This document shows positions 46,641-57,312 of a stretch of 64,000 nucleotides of DNA, piece after piece. Each line of letters opens with the position of its first letter. The stretch's first letter is position 1. The notes under the pieces are model-generated. The model was not told where the DNA came from and did no database searches. It saw nothing but the letters and a program-made list of their open reading frames with translations. Both the position numbers and the translations under genes were made by a program. Location of the stretch: assembly GCA_043745805.1 (NCBI GenBank), contig JAYTSD010000032.1, positions 32,001 through 96,000 on the forward strand. Reading direction: 5' to 3'. The DNA is from Fibrobacteria bacterium (GTDB lineage: Bacteria; Fibrobacterota; Fibrobacteria; UBA11236).

Positions 46641-47484
46641 ATCAGTTTCTAAAAGTAAAGCTATTCCTCCATTAGGTTTTGGTTTGGGTTTGCGCATACC
46701 TCATTATGCATATATTTTTGAACATCGCCCCCCTGTTGATTTTTTTGAAATCATCTCGGAGAATTTTATGGTAACTGGCGGGTTTCCTTTGCAAAATCTG
46801 GAAAAGATTTTGGAAAGTTATACTGTGGTGATGCATGGCGTTTGTATGTCTTTAGGATCGGCGGATAAACTGGATTGGGAGTATATGAAAAAGCTCAAAG
46901 CCTTGGCTCGCAAAACCAAGGCACCATGGTTTAGTGACCATCTATGTTGGACTCGCCATAATAGTCATCACTATCATGATTTGCTTCCCTTACCTTATAC
47001 GGATGCGGTAATCAAGCATGTCGCTGAAAAAGCGCGTCAGGCGCAAGATTTTTTAGAAATTCCTTTTGGCATGGAAAACCTTTCCGCCGTCGCGGATTAC
47101 ACCTCATCGCAAATGCCGGAATGGGAGTTTTACCGTAACGTAGTGGAGAAATCTGGATGTTACATGATGCTCGATGCGAATAATATTTACGTCTCCTCTC
47201 GCAATCATCTCTTTAATCCGATAGATTATGTGAATGGATTGGATTTGTCAAGAACTTTGCAAATTCATTTAGCGGGACATACGGATAAAGGCGAATATGT
47301 TTTAGATACGCATGATCAACATGTTCGAGATGAAGTCTGGGAGATTTTCAAAGCGATTTATACAGGTATTAAAAAGTTTGGAAAAGACGTGGCGACCATG
47401 GTAGAATGGGATGATAACTTTTTATCATTTCCCGAAACTCATGCCGAAGTATTAAAAGCTAAATGCATAGTCGAAGCTTTATGA
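46633..47484 (+). CDS. DUF692 family multinuclear non-heme iron oxidative enzyme (MNIO, BufB-like)
   Basis: GLGLR, EIISENFM, HGVCMSLG, WFSDHLCW, DLLPLPYT, MENL, LDANNIYV, QIHLAGH, LDTH, EWD. Confidence 0.93.
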   Translation: MAKSVSKSKAIPPLGFGLGLRIPHYAYIFEHRPPVDFFEIISENFMVTGGFPLQNLEKILESYTVVMHGVCMSLGSADKLDWEYMKKLKALARKTKAPWFSDHLCWTRHNSHHYHDLLPLPYTDAVIKHVAEKARQAQDFLEIPFGMENLSAVADYTSSQMPEWEFYRNVVEKSGCYMMLDANNIYVSSRNHLFNPIDYVNGLDLSRTLQIHLAGHTDKGEYVLDTHDQHVRDEVWEIFKAIYTGIKKFGKDVATMVEWDDNFLSFPETHAEVLKAKCIVEAL

Positions 47485-47524
47485 TTTCGAATTAATGATT
47501 ATTACGGATAAAATAAAGACATAA

Positions 47525-47556
47525 AAAAAGGGCTTACCTTGCAGTAAACCCTTTTT
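47525..47556. terminator. Bidirectional intrinsic terminator between the MNIO gene and the precursor gene
   Basis: AAAAAGGGCTTAC-CTTGCA-GTAAACCCTTTTT. Confidence 0.75.
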
Positions 47557-47574
47557 GAACCTTAAAGGTTACTC

Positions 47575-47973
47575 TTAGGCTTTACAGCCACCCAAGCCTT
47601 TGCATTCATTATGACCTTTACAGCCATGAGCTTTGCCAGCTTTATCCGCAGCCATACCCATTTTTTTGGCGGCTTCAGATAAATCTTTCTCACTCATTTT
47701 GCATCCGCCTTTGCCTTTGCAAGAATTCATGCCTTTGCAGCCATGTTTATCTTCAGCAACAGCGGCCGCAGGGGCAGCAGCACTATCTGTAGCAGGAGCC
47801 ACAGCAGCTTTAGTAGAATCGGCCTTGGCTTTATGAGCTTTTTTAGCAGTATGCATTTTAGCAGCTTTAGGAGCCACAGCTGCTGAATCTTCAGCGGAAA
47901 CTTGTGCAACAGAAAGCATGCCTGCGGCAATACCTGCAACTGCTAATTGAGCGAATAAATTGGACTTTTTCAT
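47575..47973 (-). CDS. Secreted Cys-rich RiPP precursor candidate (bufferin BufA2-like)
   Basis: Signal peptide ending VSA, Ala/Lys-rich linker, two repeats HGCKGMNSCKGKGGC and HGCKGHNECKGLGGC; adjacent DUF692. Confidence 0.78.
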   Translation of the reverse strand: MKKSNLFAQLAVAGIAAGMLSVAQVSAEDSAAVAPKAAKMHTAKKAHKAKADSTKAAVAPATDSAAAPAAAVAEDKHGCKGMNSCKGKGGCKMSEKDLSEAAKKMGMAADKAGKAHGCKGHNECKGLGGCKA

Positions 47974-48022
47974 AATACCCTTTCTATGAGTGAGTGATGA
48001 GTGGAGTTTTGTTAAGATTTTA

Positions 48023-48256
48023 TTATTTGGCTGCAGCAGTGCTATCAGCTACTTCAGCTTTTTTCTCAACTTTAGCTTTCTTAGCCTTCTTAGCTTTTTT
48101 TACTGGCTTGGTGGTGTCCGCAACAGCAGGAGCTTTAGTAGCTTCTACGGCAGGGGCAGCAGCTGGAGCAGCAGCAGCGGTTTCAGCGGCAGAAACAGTG
48201 AGCATGCTGAAAGCGATACCGGTAGCGATCATTTTAACGAGAGTTGACTTGTTCAT
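48023..48256 (-). CDS. Small secreted Ala/Lys-rich low-complexity protein (Cys-free)
   Basis: SD ACAGGA before ATG 48256; MNKSTLVKMIATGIAFSMLTVSAA signal; AAAPAAAPA, KKAKKAKKAK, ADSTAAAK. Confidence 0.7.
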   Translation of the reverse strand: MNKSTLVKMIATGIAFSMLTVSAAETAAAAPAAAPAVEATKAPAVADTTKPVKKAKKAKKAKVEKKAEVADSTAAAK

Positions 48257-48497
48257 TTTTATTCCTGTGTAGAATGTTATTTGTTTCCCAGTTAGCAATG
48301 TAAACTGGTTTTAAGAGTCAGGCCCGTAAATGTATTAAAAAAGGTCAATTACTGTCATTTTTTTGGCAAAATACCAGAGGGATTTTCATTTTTTGCCTCC
48401 AGTTATATTATAAATACCAATCTTTTCAGAAATAAGCTTTATGGAAGTGTAAGTATCTCGAATTAAAAAAATGTTACAAATAAATTTGCAAATAATT

Positions 48498-51400
48498 TCA
48501 ATTCTCATATCCAAGATTAGGTGACAGCCATTTTTCCGTAGTTGCTAAGTCCATATTTTTTCGCAAGGCATATTCTGTAACTTGATCTTTGGCAATTTTT
48601 CCTAAACCAAAATAGCGGCTTTGGGGATGCGCAAAATACCAACCACTCACAGCAGCACCGGGATACATCGCAAAACTTTCGGTTAAAATAATATCGGCGT
48701 TCTTTTGGGCATCTAATATTTGGAATAAAATTTCTTTTTCGGTATGATCGGGGCAAGCAGGATAGCCTGGGGCTGGGCGAATGCCTTGGTATTTTTCGCG
48801 AATTAATTCTTCTTCGCTTAATTGTTCATTAGCGGCATACCCCCAAAATTCAAGCCGCACTCTTTGATGCAAGCGTTCCGCAAAAGCTTCGGCTAATCGG
48901 TCAGCCAAAGCTTTAGCCATGATACTATTATAATCATCATGATCTTTTTCGAATCGATCCGTGATTGCTTCTAAGCCAATACCTGCCGTCACCGCAAAGG
49001 CTCCAAAATAATCGGGAATACCGGTGGTTTTGGGAGCGATAAAATCGGATAGGGCAAAATTATTTTGATCCATGCCTTTATCAGTTTGTTGACGCAAAGA
49101 ATGGACTGTGGCTAAAATATTTTGGTGTGAATCATCGGTATATAGTTCAATATCATCCCCCACACTATTGGCGGGGAAAATTCCAAAAACGGCTTTGGCG
49201 GTTAAGGATTTATCCGTAACAATTTTTGCGAGCAAAGCTTTTGCTTCGTCAAACAATTTTTGCGCTTCCACTCCTACCACTGCATCTTTTAAAATCTTAG
49301 GATATTGCCCCACCAATTCCCAAGTTTGGAAAAAAGGAGTCCAGTCGATATAGTGAGACAATTCTTCTAAAGAATATTCCACGAATGCCTTAACCCCTAA
49401 AAATTTGGGTTTAGGAATCTCTCCTGCGGCAAAGCTTTCTTTCCAATTGATATTGGGTTGGCGTTTACGCGCTTCGGCAATGGGTAACAGTTTTTTATCG
49501 CCATGTTTGTTTTTGTGATCAATACGCACATTTTCATACCGTTCTTGAATTTTTCGCACCAATTCAGTTTTGGTTTCAGGATTGAGTAACCCACTCGCCA
49601 CGGGTACACTACGCGAAGCATCAAGTACATGAATAACCGGATGACTATATACGGGCGCGATTTTCACAGCCGTATGCGCCACTGAAGTTGTCGCGCCACC
49701 AATGAGCAAAGGAATTTTAAATCCCAAGCGTTCCATTTCTTTGGCGACATGCACCATTTCATCGAGCGAAGGGGTAATTAATCCCGACAAACCAATGATA
49801 TCTACGTTTTCTGCAAGTGCGACTTCTAAAATTTTATTGGCGGGTACCATCACGCCTAAATCGATAATTTTAAAATTGTTACAGGCGAGTACCACGCCCA
49901 CAATATTTTTACCAATATCATGCACATCGCCTTTTACCGTGGCCATGAGAATTTTTCCCATTTCGCGTCCGCCATTTTTTTCTTTTTCGGCTTCAATATA
50001 AGGGAATAAATACGCTACTGCTTTTTTCATCACACGCGCACTTTTCACCACTTGTGGTAGAAACATTTGTCCGGTTCCAAACAAATCACCCACCACGCTC
50101 ATACCCGCCATGAGCGGACCTTCAATCACCATTAAAGGTTTGGGAAACATTTGGCGCGCTTCTTCGGTATCCTGATCAATAAAGTCCACAATACCTTTAA
50201 CTAAAGCATGACTTAGGCGCTCTTGTACCGTGCCTTTGCGCCAAGCTAATTCTTCTACTTTTTCTTTACCCACTTTTTTTACGGTTTCGGCAAAGTTCAC
50301 CAATCTCTCGGTAGAATCGGGGCGTCGATTGAGTAAGACATCTTCTACTAATTCTAATAAGTCTTTGGGAATATTTTCATACACTTGTAGCATGCCTGCA
50401 TTAACAATGCCCATGTCTAGGCCTGCTTTTATAGCGTGATAGAGAAAAGCGGAATGCATAGCTTCGCGTACTGGGTTATTTCCGCGAAAAGAAAAAGAAA
50501 TATTGCTTACGCCCCCACTAACATGGCAATGCGGTAAATTTTGTTTAATCCAACGTGCTGCTTCGATAAAATCCACAGCATAATTATTATGCTCTTCCAA
50601 GCCCGTAGCCACTGTAAGAATATTGGGATCGAAAATAATATCTTGCGGAGGAAAGCCAATTTCTTTCGTCAATATGCGATAGCTACGCGAACAAATTTCT
50701 ATGCGACGTGCCAAATTATCCGCTTGACCTTTTTCATCAAAGGCCATGACTACCGCTGCGGCACCGTAACGTCGGAGTAAAGTCGCTTTTTCTTTAAAGG
50801 CGACTTCGCCTTCTTTTAAACTGATAGAGTTCACAATAGCTTTGCCCTGCACGCATTGCAAACCTTTTTCAATCACGGACCATTTGGAAGAATCGATCAT
50901 CACAGGCTTTACCGAAATGTCGGGTTCGCTAGCGACGAGATGCATAAACTTTACCATGGCGGCTTCGGAGTCTAACATGCCTTCGTCCATATTCACGTCG
51001 AAGATTTGCGCGCCACCCTCAATTTGTTGTCTTGCAATAGCCAGACCCGTATCATAATCACCCGAAAGAATAGCTTTGGAAAATTTCGGGGAACCGGTGA
51101 TATTTGTTCTTTCGCCGATATTCACAAAATTACTTTCCGGACGTATTACCAAGGGTTCTAGGCCTGCGAGACGAGTATAAGGCTCGATGGTAGGGATTTT
51201 GCGAGGCGGAAATTTAGCAACGATAGTAGCAATTTTATTAATGTGTTCAGGAGTAGTTCCGCAGCAACCTCCCACAATATTTAAAAAACCACTAGAAGCA
51301 AATTCTTCAATGAGGTTAGACATTTCATCGGCAGTTTGATCATATTGTCCAAACTCATTAGGTAACCCTGCATTGGGATGACAGCTAATATGCACATCCG

Positions 51401-52184
51401 CCAATCGCGATAATTCTTCTACATAAGGACGCATATCTTTCGCACCTAAGGCGCAGTTAATGCCGATACTCATTAAAGGAATATGAGAAATGGAAATTAA
51501 AAAGGCTTCCATGGTTTGACCCGAAAGCGTACGTCCGCTTTTATCCACAATCGTTGCGGATACCATAATCGGGATGCGAATTTGATGCGCCTCAAAATAT
51601 TGTTCAATTGCGAAAAGCGCGGCTTTGCAATTTAAAGTGTCGGTACAGGTTTCAATTAAAAAAAGATCTGCACCCCCATCGATTAAACCAGTTACTTGTT
51701 CTGAGTATGCGCTGACTAATTCATTAAAATGCACCGAGCGAAAACCCGGATCATTTACATCGGGCGACATGGAGGCGGTACGGGTCGTTGGCCCAATAGA
51801 TCCGGCCACAAAACGTGGCTTGTCAGGATTTGTGGCCGTAAATTCCATCGCCACTTTTTTGGCAATACGTGCCCCACACACATTTAAATCATAAACGGCA
51901 CTTTCCATTTTATAATCGGCCATGGAAATGGCATTGGAATTAAACGTATTGGTTTCTAAAATATCTGCACCGGCTTCTAAATAAGCACGATGAATACCTT
52001 CAATCACATGCGGTTGTGTAATGGCCAACATATCATTATTGCCTTTTACATCACAACTATGATTGGCAAATCGCTCACCACGAAAATCCGCTTCATGCAA
52101 AGTATGCTTTTGAATCATGGTGCCCATGGCTCCATCGAGAATAAGAATGCGCTTGGACATTAAGTCATAAATAGGATGGCTCAT
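48498..52184 (-). CDS. metH: Cobalamin-dependent methionine synthase
   Basis: [43 protein letters not shown] (B12-binding), [12 protein letters not shown]. Confidence 0.98.
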   Translation of the reverse strand: MSHPIYDLMSKRILILDGAMGTMIQKHTLHEADFRGERFANHSCDVKGNNDMLAITQPHVIEGIHRAYLEAGADILETNTFNSNAISMADYKMESAVYDLNVCGARIAKKVAMEFTATNPDKPRFVAGSIGPTTRTASMSPDVNDPGFRSVHFNELVSAYSEQVTGLIDGGADLFLIETCTDTLNCKAALFAIEQYFEAHQIRIPIMVSATIVDKSGRTLSGQTMEAFLISISHIPLMSIGINCALGAKDMRPYVEELSRLADVHISCHPNAGLPNEFGQYDQTADEMSNLIEEFASSGFLNIVGGCCGTTPEHINKIATIVAKFPPRKIPTIEPYTRLAGLEPLVIRPESNFVNIGERTNITGSPKFSKAILSGDYDTGLAIARQQIEGGAQIFDVNMDEGMLDSEAAMVKFMHLVASEPDISVKPVMIDSSKWSVIEKGLQCVQGKAIVNSISLKEGEVAFKEKATLLRRYGAAAVVMAFDEKGQADNLARRIEICSRSYRILTKEIGFPPQDIIFDPNILTVATGLEEHNNYAVDFIEAARWIKQNLPHCHVSGGVSNISFSFRGNNPVREAMHSAFLYHAIKAGLDMGIVNAGMLQVYENIPKDLLELVEDVLLNRRPDSTERLVNFAETVKKVGKEKVEELAWRKGTVQERLSHALVKGIVDFIDQDTEEARQMFPKPLMVIEGPLMAGMSVVGDLFGTGQMFLPQVVKSARVMKKAVAYLFPYIEAEKEKNGGREMGKILMATVKGDVHDIGKNIVGVVLACNNFKIIDLGVMVPANKILEVALAENVDIIGLSGLITPSLDEMVHVAKEMERLGFKIPLLIGGATTSVAHTAVKIAPVYSHPVIHVLDASRSVPVASGLLNPETKTELVRKIQERYENVRIDHKNKHGDKKLLPIAEARKRQPNINWKESFAAGEIPKPKFLGVKAFVEYSLEELSHYIDWTPFFQTWELVGQYPKILKDAVVGVEAQKLFDEAKALLAKIVTDKSLTAKAVFGIFPANSVGDDIELYTDDSHQNILATVHSLRQQTDKGMDQNNFALSDFIAPKTTGIPDYFGAFAVTAGIGLEAITDRFEKDHDDYNSIMAKALADRLAEAFAERLHQRVRLEFWGYAANEQLSEEELIREKYQGIRPAPGYPACPDHTEKEILFQILDAQKNADIILTESFAMYPGAAVSGWYFAHPQSRYFGLGKIAKDQVTEYALRKNMDLATTEKWLSPNLGYEN

Positions 52185-53131
52185 GTTTTTCCTTTTTCTG
52201 CGGTAATGAGTAAGCTTTCAATTTCGGGAAAGTCTTTAGTACTGCCGGTGATCTCTGAATGAATATTGATATAGCCGCAATCGCGCAGCCAATTTTCTAA
52301 GTCGTTGAGCGCGAAGCCCAACCAAAAATCTCCGAATTTACTTTGCATCCATTCTTCGGAATGCGCAAGTAAATCCAAGATTAAAATTCTTCCGCCGGGT
52401 TTGAGTAAGCGATAGCTTTCAGCAAGCACGGCTTCGGGCTTTGCGGCATGATGTAAAGATTGCGAGAGGAGAGCCACATCAAAACTTTGTGCATTTAGGC
52501 CTGTTTCTTCCATAGTCGCTTGTATGAAGTGTAAATGTTCGGTTTCGCCCCCAACACTTTGTTTGGCGAGTCGAATTTGTTCTTCGCTATTGTCTACGGC
52601 ACTTACAAAGTTACCTGATTTAGCGAGTTGCGCCGCAAGCCGTCCATTACCACAACCTAAATCTACAATGCATTGACCCCGTAACATCTGAATTAACCCC
52701 AAGCTTAAAGCCTTCCAAGTTTGTCCAGGTGAAGGTTTGTTTTGATGCGCTAAGCTATTGAAAAATTGTAGCGAGGCTTCGGCCCGTTCATGTAAAATCT
52801 TTTTGAGTTGGCGTTGATCTCTTTCAAACCATTTGGCAGTTTGCGCACTTTCCAAAGCATTTTGTACGACAGAAAACTTTGCATCGGTTTGAATTTCGCC
52901 TGGCAAGCGATAATAAACTTTTTGACCTTCTTTTTTATTGACGACTAAACCTTCGTCTTTCAATAGTCCCAACTGAGTCGAAAGTGTACTCTGTCCGAGA
53001 TTTAAAATTTTTTGTAATTCACCCACGGCTAACTCATTGCCATTTAAAGCGGAAATAATGCGCAAACGCGTTTCATCGCTGAGTAAGCGAAATATGGCGG
53101 TGAGTACATCGATTTCTAAAAATTTGGACAA
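52181..53131 (-). CDS. sahR: ArsR-HTH + SAM-binding methyltransferase-domain regulator (SahR/SamR type)
   Basis: N-terminal ArsR wHTH ([28 protein letters not shown]), C-terminal [25 protein letters not shown] overlap with metH; TTG start. Confidence 0.8.
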   Translation of the reverse strand: MSKFLEIDVLTAIFRLLSDETRLRIISALNGNELAVGELQKILNLGQSTLSTQLGLLKDEGLVVNKKEGQKVYYRLPGEIQTDAKFSVVQNALESAQTAKWFERDQRQLKKILHERAEASLQFFNSLAHQNKPSPGQTWKALSLGLIQMLRGQCIVDLGCGNGRLAAQLAKSGNFVSAVDNSEEQIRLAKQSVGGETEHLHFIQATMEETGLNAQSFDVALLSQSLHHAAKPEAVLAESYRLLKPGGRILILDLLAHSEEWMQSKFGDFWLGFALNDLENWLRDCGYINIHSEITGSTKDFPEIESLLITAEKGKT

Positions 53132-53199
53132 GTGACCCTCTAAATAATGAAAGATAAAGACATAATAAAGCCAAAATAAGGAGATGTCTTTTGTATATC

Positions 53200-53225
53200 A
53201 ATATATCATGAAATAAAGATATATT
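53200..53225. promoter_or_regulatory. Putative SahR operator
   Basis: AATATATC-ATGAAATAAA-GATATATT (core ATATC-N10-GATAT), about 70 bp upstream of sahR. Confidence 0.6.
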
Positions 53226-53325
53226 ATTTTAAGCCCTCGGTTCAAGGGTTAGATTCGGTATGATTTTTTAGAGGGTAAAATATTTGTGAGGGCCAGCTGG
53301 GCAGCTTAGGCCCAAAGCTAAGAAA

Positions 53326-54645
53326 TTATTTTTCCCAAGGCGGCGCAAAAACTAATTCTCGGCCTTTTATATTCGTGAAAAATTCGCCTTCGCCATAAAC
53401 CATATTGCCATTGACAAAAGTCATTACTGGCCATCCTTTAGTGGTTAGGCCATGATAAGGACTCCAATTTACCTTGGTTTGTAATTTCCCATTTTCAATG
53501 GTTCTTTTACGTTCCATATCAACCAAAATAAAATCGGCATCATAGCCCGGAGCAATGCGGCCTTTGCCTACCACACCATAAAGTTCTACGGGCTTTTCGC
53601 ACATCCAACGCACTACTTCTTGAATACTACAAAGTCCCAAATTGACTTGATTCAACATCAAAGGCAAAGACGTTTCCACACCTGGCATTCCCGAAGGACT
53701 ATGAGGGTAACCTTTTTCTTTTTCTTCGATGGTATGTGGAGCATGATCGGTAGCAATGCAATCTATTATGCCAGCTCGCAAAGCACGCCATAAGGCCTCA
53801 CCATGGCGTTTTTCACGAATAGGAGGATTCATTTGCCCATAGGTTCCGAGGCGATCATAAACATCTGGCGTATGCATTAAAAAATGTTGTGGACAAACTT
53901 CCACCGAAATTAATCCGGGCACTTTTTCGCGCGCTAAAAATTCGGTTTCCTCTTCGCTAGTTAAATGCAATATGTGTAAACGTCGATTATATTTTTTAGA
54001 TAAATGCACGGCGAGTTGAGTGGCTTTAAGCGCCACTTCCGGACTACGGATTTTATTATGATCGTGTACATCCGTAGAAGCTCCGTAAATTTCCTTATTG
54101 GCGCGAATGGTGTCTTCATCTTCCGCATGCACCGCAATTAAACGACGGCCTTGAGAAAATATATTTTCCAAATCTTCTTTGCGATGAACCAGTAAGGAAC
54201 CTGTAGATGCTCCCATAAAAATTTTTATACCGCATACGTTAGGCGTATTATTGAGCTCTTCCACATTGTTCGGTGTCGCACCAATAAAAAAATTGTAATT
54301 GACTAAACTTTTTTGCGCGGCCATAGCTTTTTTTTGCGCCATGATTTCGGCGGTAATCGTATTAGGCACCGTATTGGGCATGTCTAAAAAGGAGGTTACT
54401 CCACCCGCAGCGGCTGCGCGTGATCCCGATTCTAAATCCTCTTTCCAAGTCATACCCGGATCGCGAAAATGCACTTGCGGATCCATGGCTCCAGGCAAAA
54501 GGAAAAGACCTAATGCATCAATGATTTCGCCTTGCGGAGGAATGCCCGCTTCGACACGGACTATTTTTCCATTTTCAATTAAAACATCGGCTTGCTGTAA
54601 ATTTTCAGAAGAGACAACTATGGCATTTTTAATAAGTAAACTCAT
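53326..54645 (-). CDS. pyrC: Dihydroorotase (multifunctional-complex type)
   Basis: PGAMDPQVHFRDPG, DMPNT, IKIFMG, VHAED, EVCPQH, MNPPIR, ATDHAPH, SGMPGVET. Confidence 0.9.
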   Translation of the reverse strand: MSLLIKNAIVVSSENLQQADVLIENGKIVRVEAGIPPQGEIIDALGLFLLPGAMDPQVHFRDPGMTWKEDLESGSRAAAAGGVTSFLDMPNTVPNTITAEIMAQKKAMAAQKSLVNYNFFIGATPNNVEELNNTPNVCGIKIFMGASTGSLLVHRKEDLENIFSQGRRLIAVHAEDEDTIRANKEIYGASTDVHDHNKIRSPEVALKATQLAVHLSKKYNRRLHILHLTSEEETEFLAREKVPGLISVEVCPQHFLMHTPDVYDRLGTYGQMNPPIREKRHGEALWRALRAGIIDCIATDHAPHTIEEKEKGYPHSPSGMPGVETSLPLMLNQVNLGLCSIQEVVRWMCEKPVELYGVVGKGRIAPGYDADFILVDMERKRTIENGKLQTKVNWSPYHGLTTKGWPVMTFVNGNMVYGEGEFFTNIKGRELVFAPPWEK

Positions 54646-54717
54646 AAGCAAAGAATACAAAAAAACCGATTCGGTGACAGTTTTTTTAGAAGGAAGAAAT
54701 GGGCTTTGCGGTTGCGC

Positions 54718-56523
54718 TTAATCCTTATCCATGCTCAGCACGGCTAAGAACGCTTCTTGGGGAATTTCCACATTACCTACGGCCTTCATACGCTTTTTAC
54801 CTTCTTTTTGCTTATCCAGCAATTTACGTTTACGAGAAATATCCCCACCGTAACATTTGGCGGTTACGTTTTTGCGTAAGGCTTTTACGGTGCTACGTGC
54901 AATGACGCGATTGCCTACGGCAGCTTGAATGGCGACTTCAAACATTTGTTGAGGGATTAAATCTTTTAGTTTATTACAAAGAGCATTGCCCCAATTGAAA
55001 GCTTTGTCTTTGTGAATAATGACTGAGAAGGCATCGACGGATTCCCCATTGAATAAAATATCAAGTTTCACCAAGTGAGAAACACGGTAACCGATAGGTT
55101 CATAGTCAAAAGAGGCATAGCCACGACTTACGGATTTTAATTTGTCGAAATAATCGAACATGATTTCCCCTAAAGGAAATTCATATTGCAGATTTACTTT
55201 TTCAGCATTGATATATTCCATATTCAAATAGGTGCCGCGTTTTTCTTCCGATAATTTCATCACGCCACCCACGTATTCTTTGGGCAAAATGATTTGTGAT
55301 TTTACAAAAGGTTCTTCGATGGCTTCGAACTTTCCCGGATCTGGAAGCTTGCTCGGGTTTTCAATGCTGATAGTTTCGCCATTACTCAATTGTACATGAT
55401 ATTCCACATTGGGTACCGTGGAAATGACATTCATATTAAATTCGCGATCCAGTCTTTCGCGCACTACTTCCATATGCAATAAACCAAGGAAACCTACACG
55501 ATACCCAAAGCCCAAAGCTTGTGAGGTTTCGGGACCCCATGAAAGCGCAGAATCATTGAGTTGCAATTTTTCTAAAGCATCGCGCAAATCTTCATAGTCA
55601 TCCGCATCGACGGGATAAATCCCAGCGAACACCATAGGCAAAATATCCTTATAACCTTTTAAGGCCACGGTAGCAGGATTGCGACGATCGATAATGGTAT
55701 CGCCAATTTTGGTATCAGCCACATTTTTCACATTGCCGATTAAATACCCTACTTCGCCTGCCGCTAAGGAGGCTGTGGGTTCTCGCTGCATGGTAAAAAC
55801 ACCTAGCTCAACTACTTCAAAATCTTTTTCTGTGGCCATGAATTTAATCGGGGCTTTTAAATGTAATTCGCCATCGAATACGCGAATGAAAGCAATAGCT
55901 CCGCGATAAGAATCGAATTTAGAATCAAAAATTAAAGCGCGCGGCGGAGCCGCTCTATCGCCTTTAGGCGCAGGGATTTCTTGAATCACGCGAGCTAATA
56001 CTTCGGCAATGCCTATGCCTTCTTTGGCCGAAACACGGGGAATACGGGCAGGATCATAGCCCAATAATTCGCCGATGCTTTCTGCAATATCATCGGGATG
56101 AGCAGAAGGCAAATCGATTTTATTGATAATAGGCACAATGGTTAAATCATTTTCCATGGCCAAATACAAATTGCTTAAAGTTTGCGCCTCAATGCCTTGG
56201 GTGGCATCAACGACTAATATAGCACCTTCACAAGCGGCGAGGGAGCGTGATACTTCATAAGTAAAATCAACATGCCCAGGTGTGTCGATTAAATTGAGAT
56301 AATATTGTTCGCCTTCAAATTGATAAAGCATGCGAATAGCATGAGACTTAATGGTAATCCCACGTTCGCGTTCCAACTCCATATCATCCAATACTTGGGC
56401 TTGCATGGCTTGTTTACTGACGGTTTTAGTCAATTCGAGCATACGATCGGCCAAGGTCGATTTCCCATGGTCGATGTGGGCGATGATACAAAAATTTCTA
56501 ATTCGATGAATTTCTGGCCGCAT
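54718..56523 (-). CDS. lepA: Elongation factor 4
   Basis: [50 protein letters not shown]. Confidence 0.98.
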   Translation of the reverse strand: MRPEIHRIRNFCIIAHIDHGKSTLADRMLELTKTVSKQAMQAQVLDDMELERERGITIKSHAIRMLYQFEGEQYYLNLIDTPGHVDFTYEVSRSLAACEGAILVVDATQGIEAQTLSNLYLAMENDLTIVPIINKIDLPSAHPDDIAESIGELLGYDPARIPRVSAKEGIGIAEVLARVIQEIPAPKGDRAAPPRALIFDSKFDSYRGAIAFIRVFDGELHLKAPIKFMATEKDFEVVELGVFTMQREPTASLAAGEVGYLIGNVKNVADTKIGDTIIDRRNPATVALKGYKDILPMVFAGIYPVDADDYEDLRDALEKLQLNDSALSWGPETSQALGFGYRVGFLGLLHMEVVRERLDREFNMNVISTVPNVEYHVQLSNGETISIENPSKLPDPGKFEAIEEPFVKSQIILPKEYVGGVMKLSEEKRGTYLNMEYINAEKVNLQYEFPLGEIMFDYFDKLKSVSRGYASFDYEPIGYRVSHLVKLDILFNGESVDAFSVIIHKDKAFNWGNALCNKLKDLIPQQMFEVAIQAAVGNRVIARSTVKALRKNVTAKCYGGDISRKRKLLDKQKEGKKRMKAVGNVEIPQEAFLAVLSMDKD

Positions 56524-56691
56524 AGATACTCTAACTAACTCTAAAAAGAGGTTCTAAGGTATGAAAATTGGGGCTTATCCCACAGGGGGCAAGCTAAATG
56601 GATGTAATTCTTGCTTTTATTTTTCTCAGTTTTATCTATGTTATAGGCCATTAAACTTCAACTCTTCACAGATAGAATAGAGCTTTAAGGT

Positions 56692-57258
56692 ATGAAAAAA
56701 TCTCTAAAAATATTTGCATTATTTGCATTAGCTGCATTTTCAAGCATGAGCGCCTTCGCACAATATGACGAGGCTCCTGCGGCACCATCTAACGGCCGTA
56801 AGTTCAATCATGATTTCAGTAAAACCAAGCAAATCATGGCTGAAATCCAAACTCATGAGGGAAATATTCAATTGGAATTGTTTTTTAAAAAAGCTCCTAA
56901 TACCGTGGCAAATTTTATGCATTTGGTAGATAGCGGTTTTTACAAGGGCTTGACCTTTCATAGAATCATCGATGGTTTTATGGTGCAAGGCGGCGATCCT
57001 AAAGGCGATGGAACTGGTGGACCAGGTTATACTATCGATGATGAAATTTCGGATTTAAAGCATGAAGCAGGAACTCTTTCCATGGCTAATGCAGGCCCTA
57101 ATTCTGCTGGCTCACAGTTTTTTATTACCCATATGGTACAGCCTCATTTAGACGGCAAGCATGCCATATTTGGAAAAGTTATTTCTGGTTTTGATGTGGT
57201 GACGCGATTGGAAAGAGGCGATCCTATCCTCGGAATAAAAATTACTGAAAGCAAATAA
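56692..57258 (+). CDS. Exported cyclophilin-type peptidyl-prolyl isomerase
   Basis: Signal peptide; [47 protein letters not shown]. Confidence 0.95.
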   Translation: MKKSLKIFALFALAAFSSMSAFAQYDEAPAAPSNGRKFNHDFSKTKQIMAEIQTHEGNIQLELFFKKAPNTVANFMHLVDSGFYKGLTFHRIIDGFMVQGGDPKGDGTGGPGYTIDDEISDLKHEAGTLSMANAGPNSAGSQFFITHMVQPHLDGKHAIFGKVISGFDVVTRLERGDPILGIKITESK

Positions 57259-57312
57259 GCATTTTATTTGAGTATTGTACGACAAGGCTACTAGCCGAAA
57301 TAATAAGGAGCG

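Noticed and set aside
47633-48272. Plus-strand ORFs 47633..47836, 47990..48247 and 47994..48272
   Set aside because: Antisense shadows of the low-complexity Ala/Lys-rich minus-strand genes, which have an SD and signal peptides.
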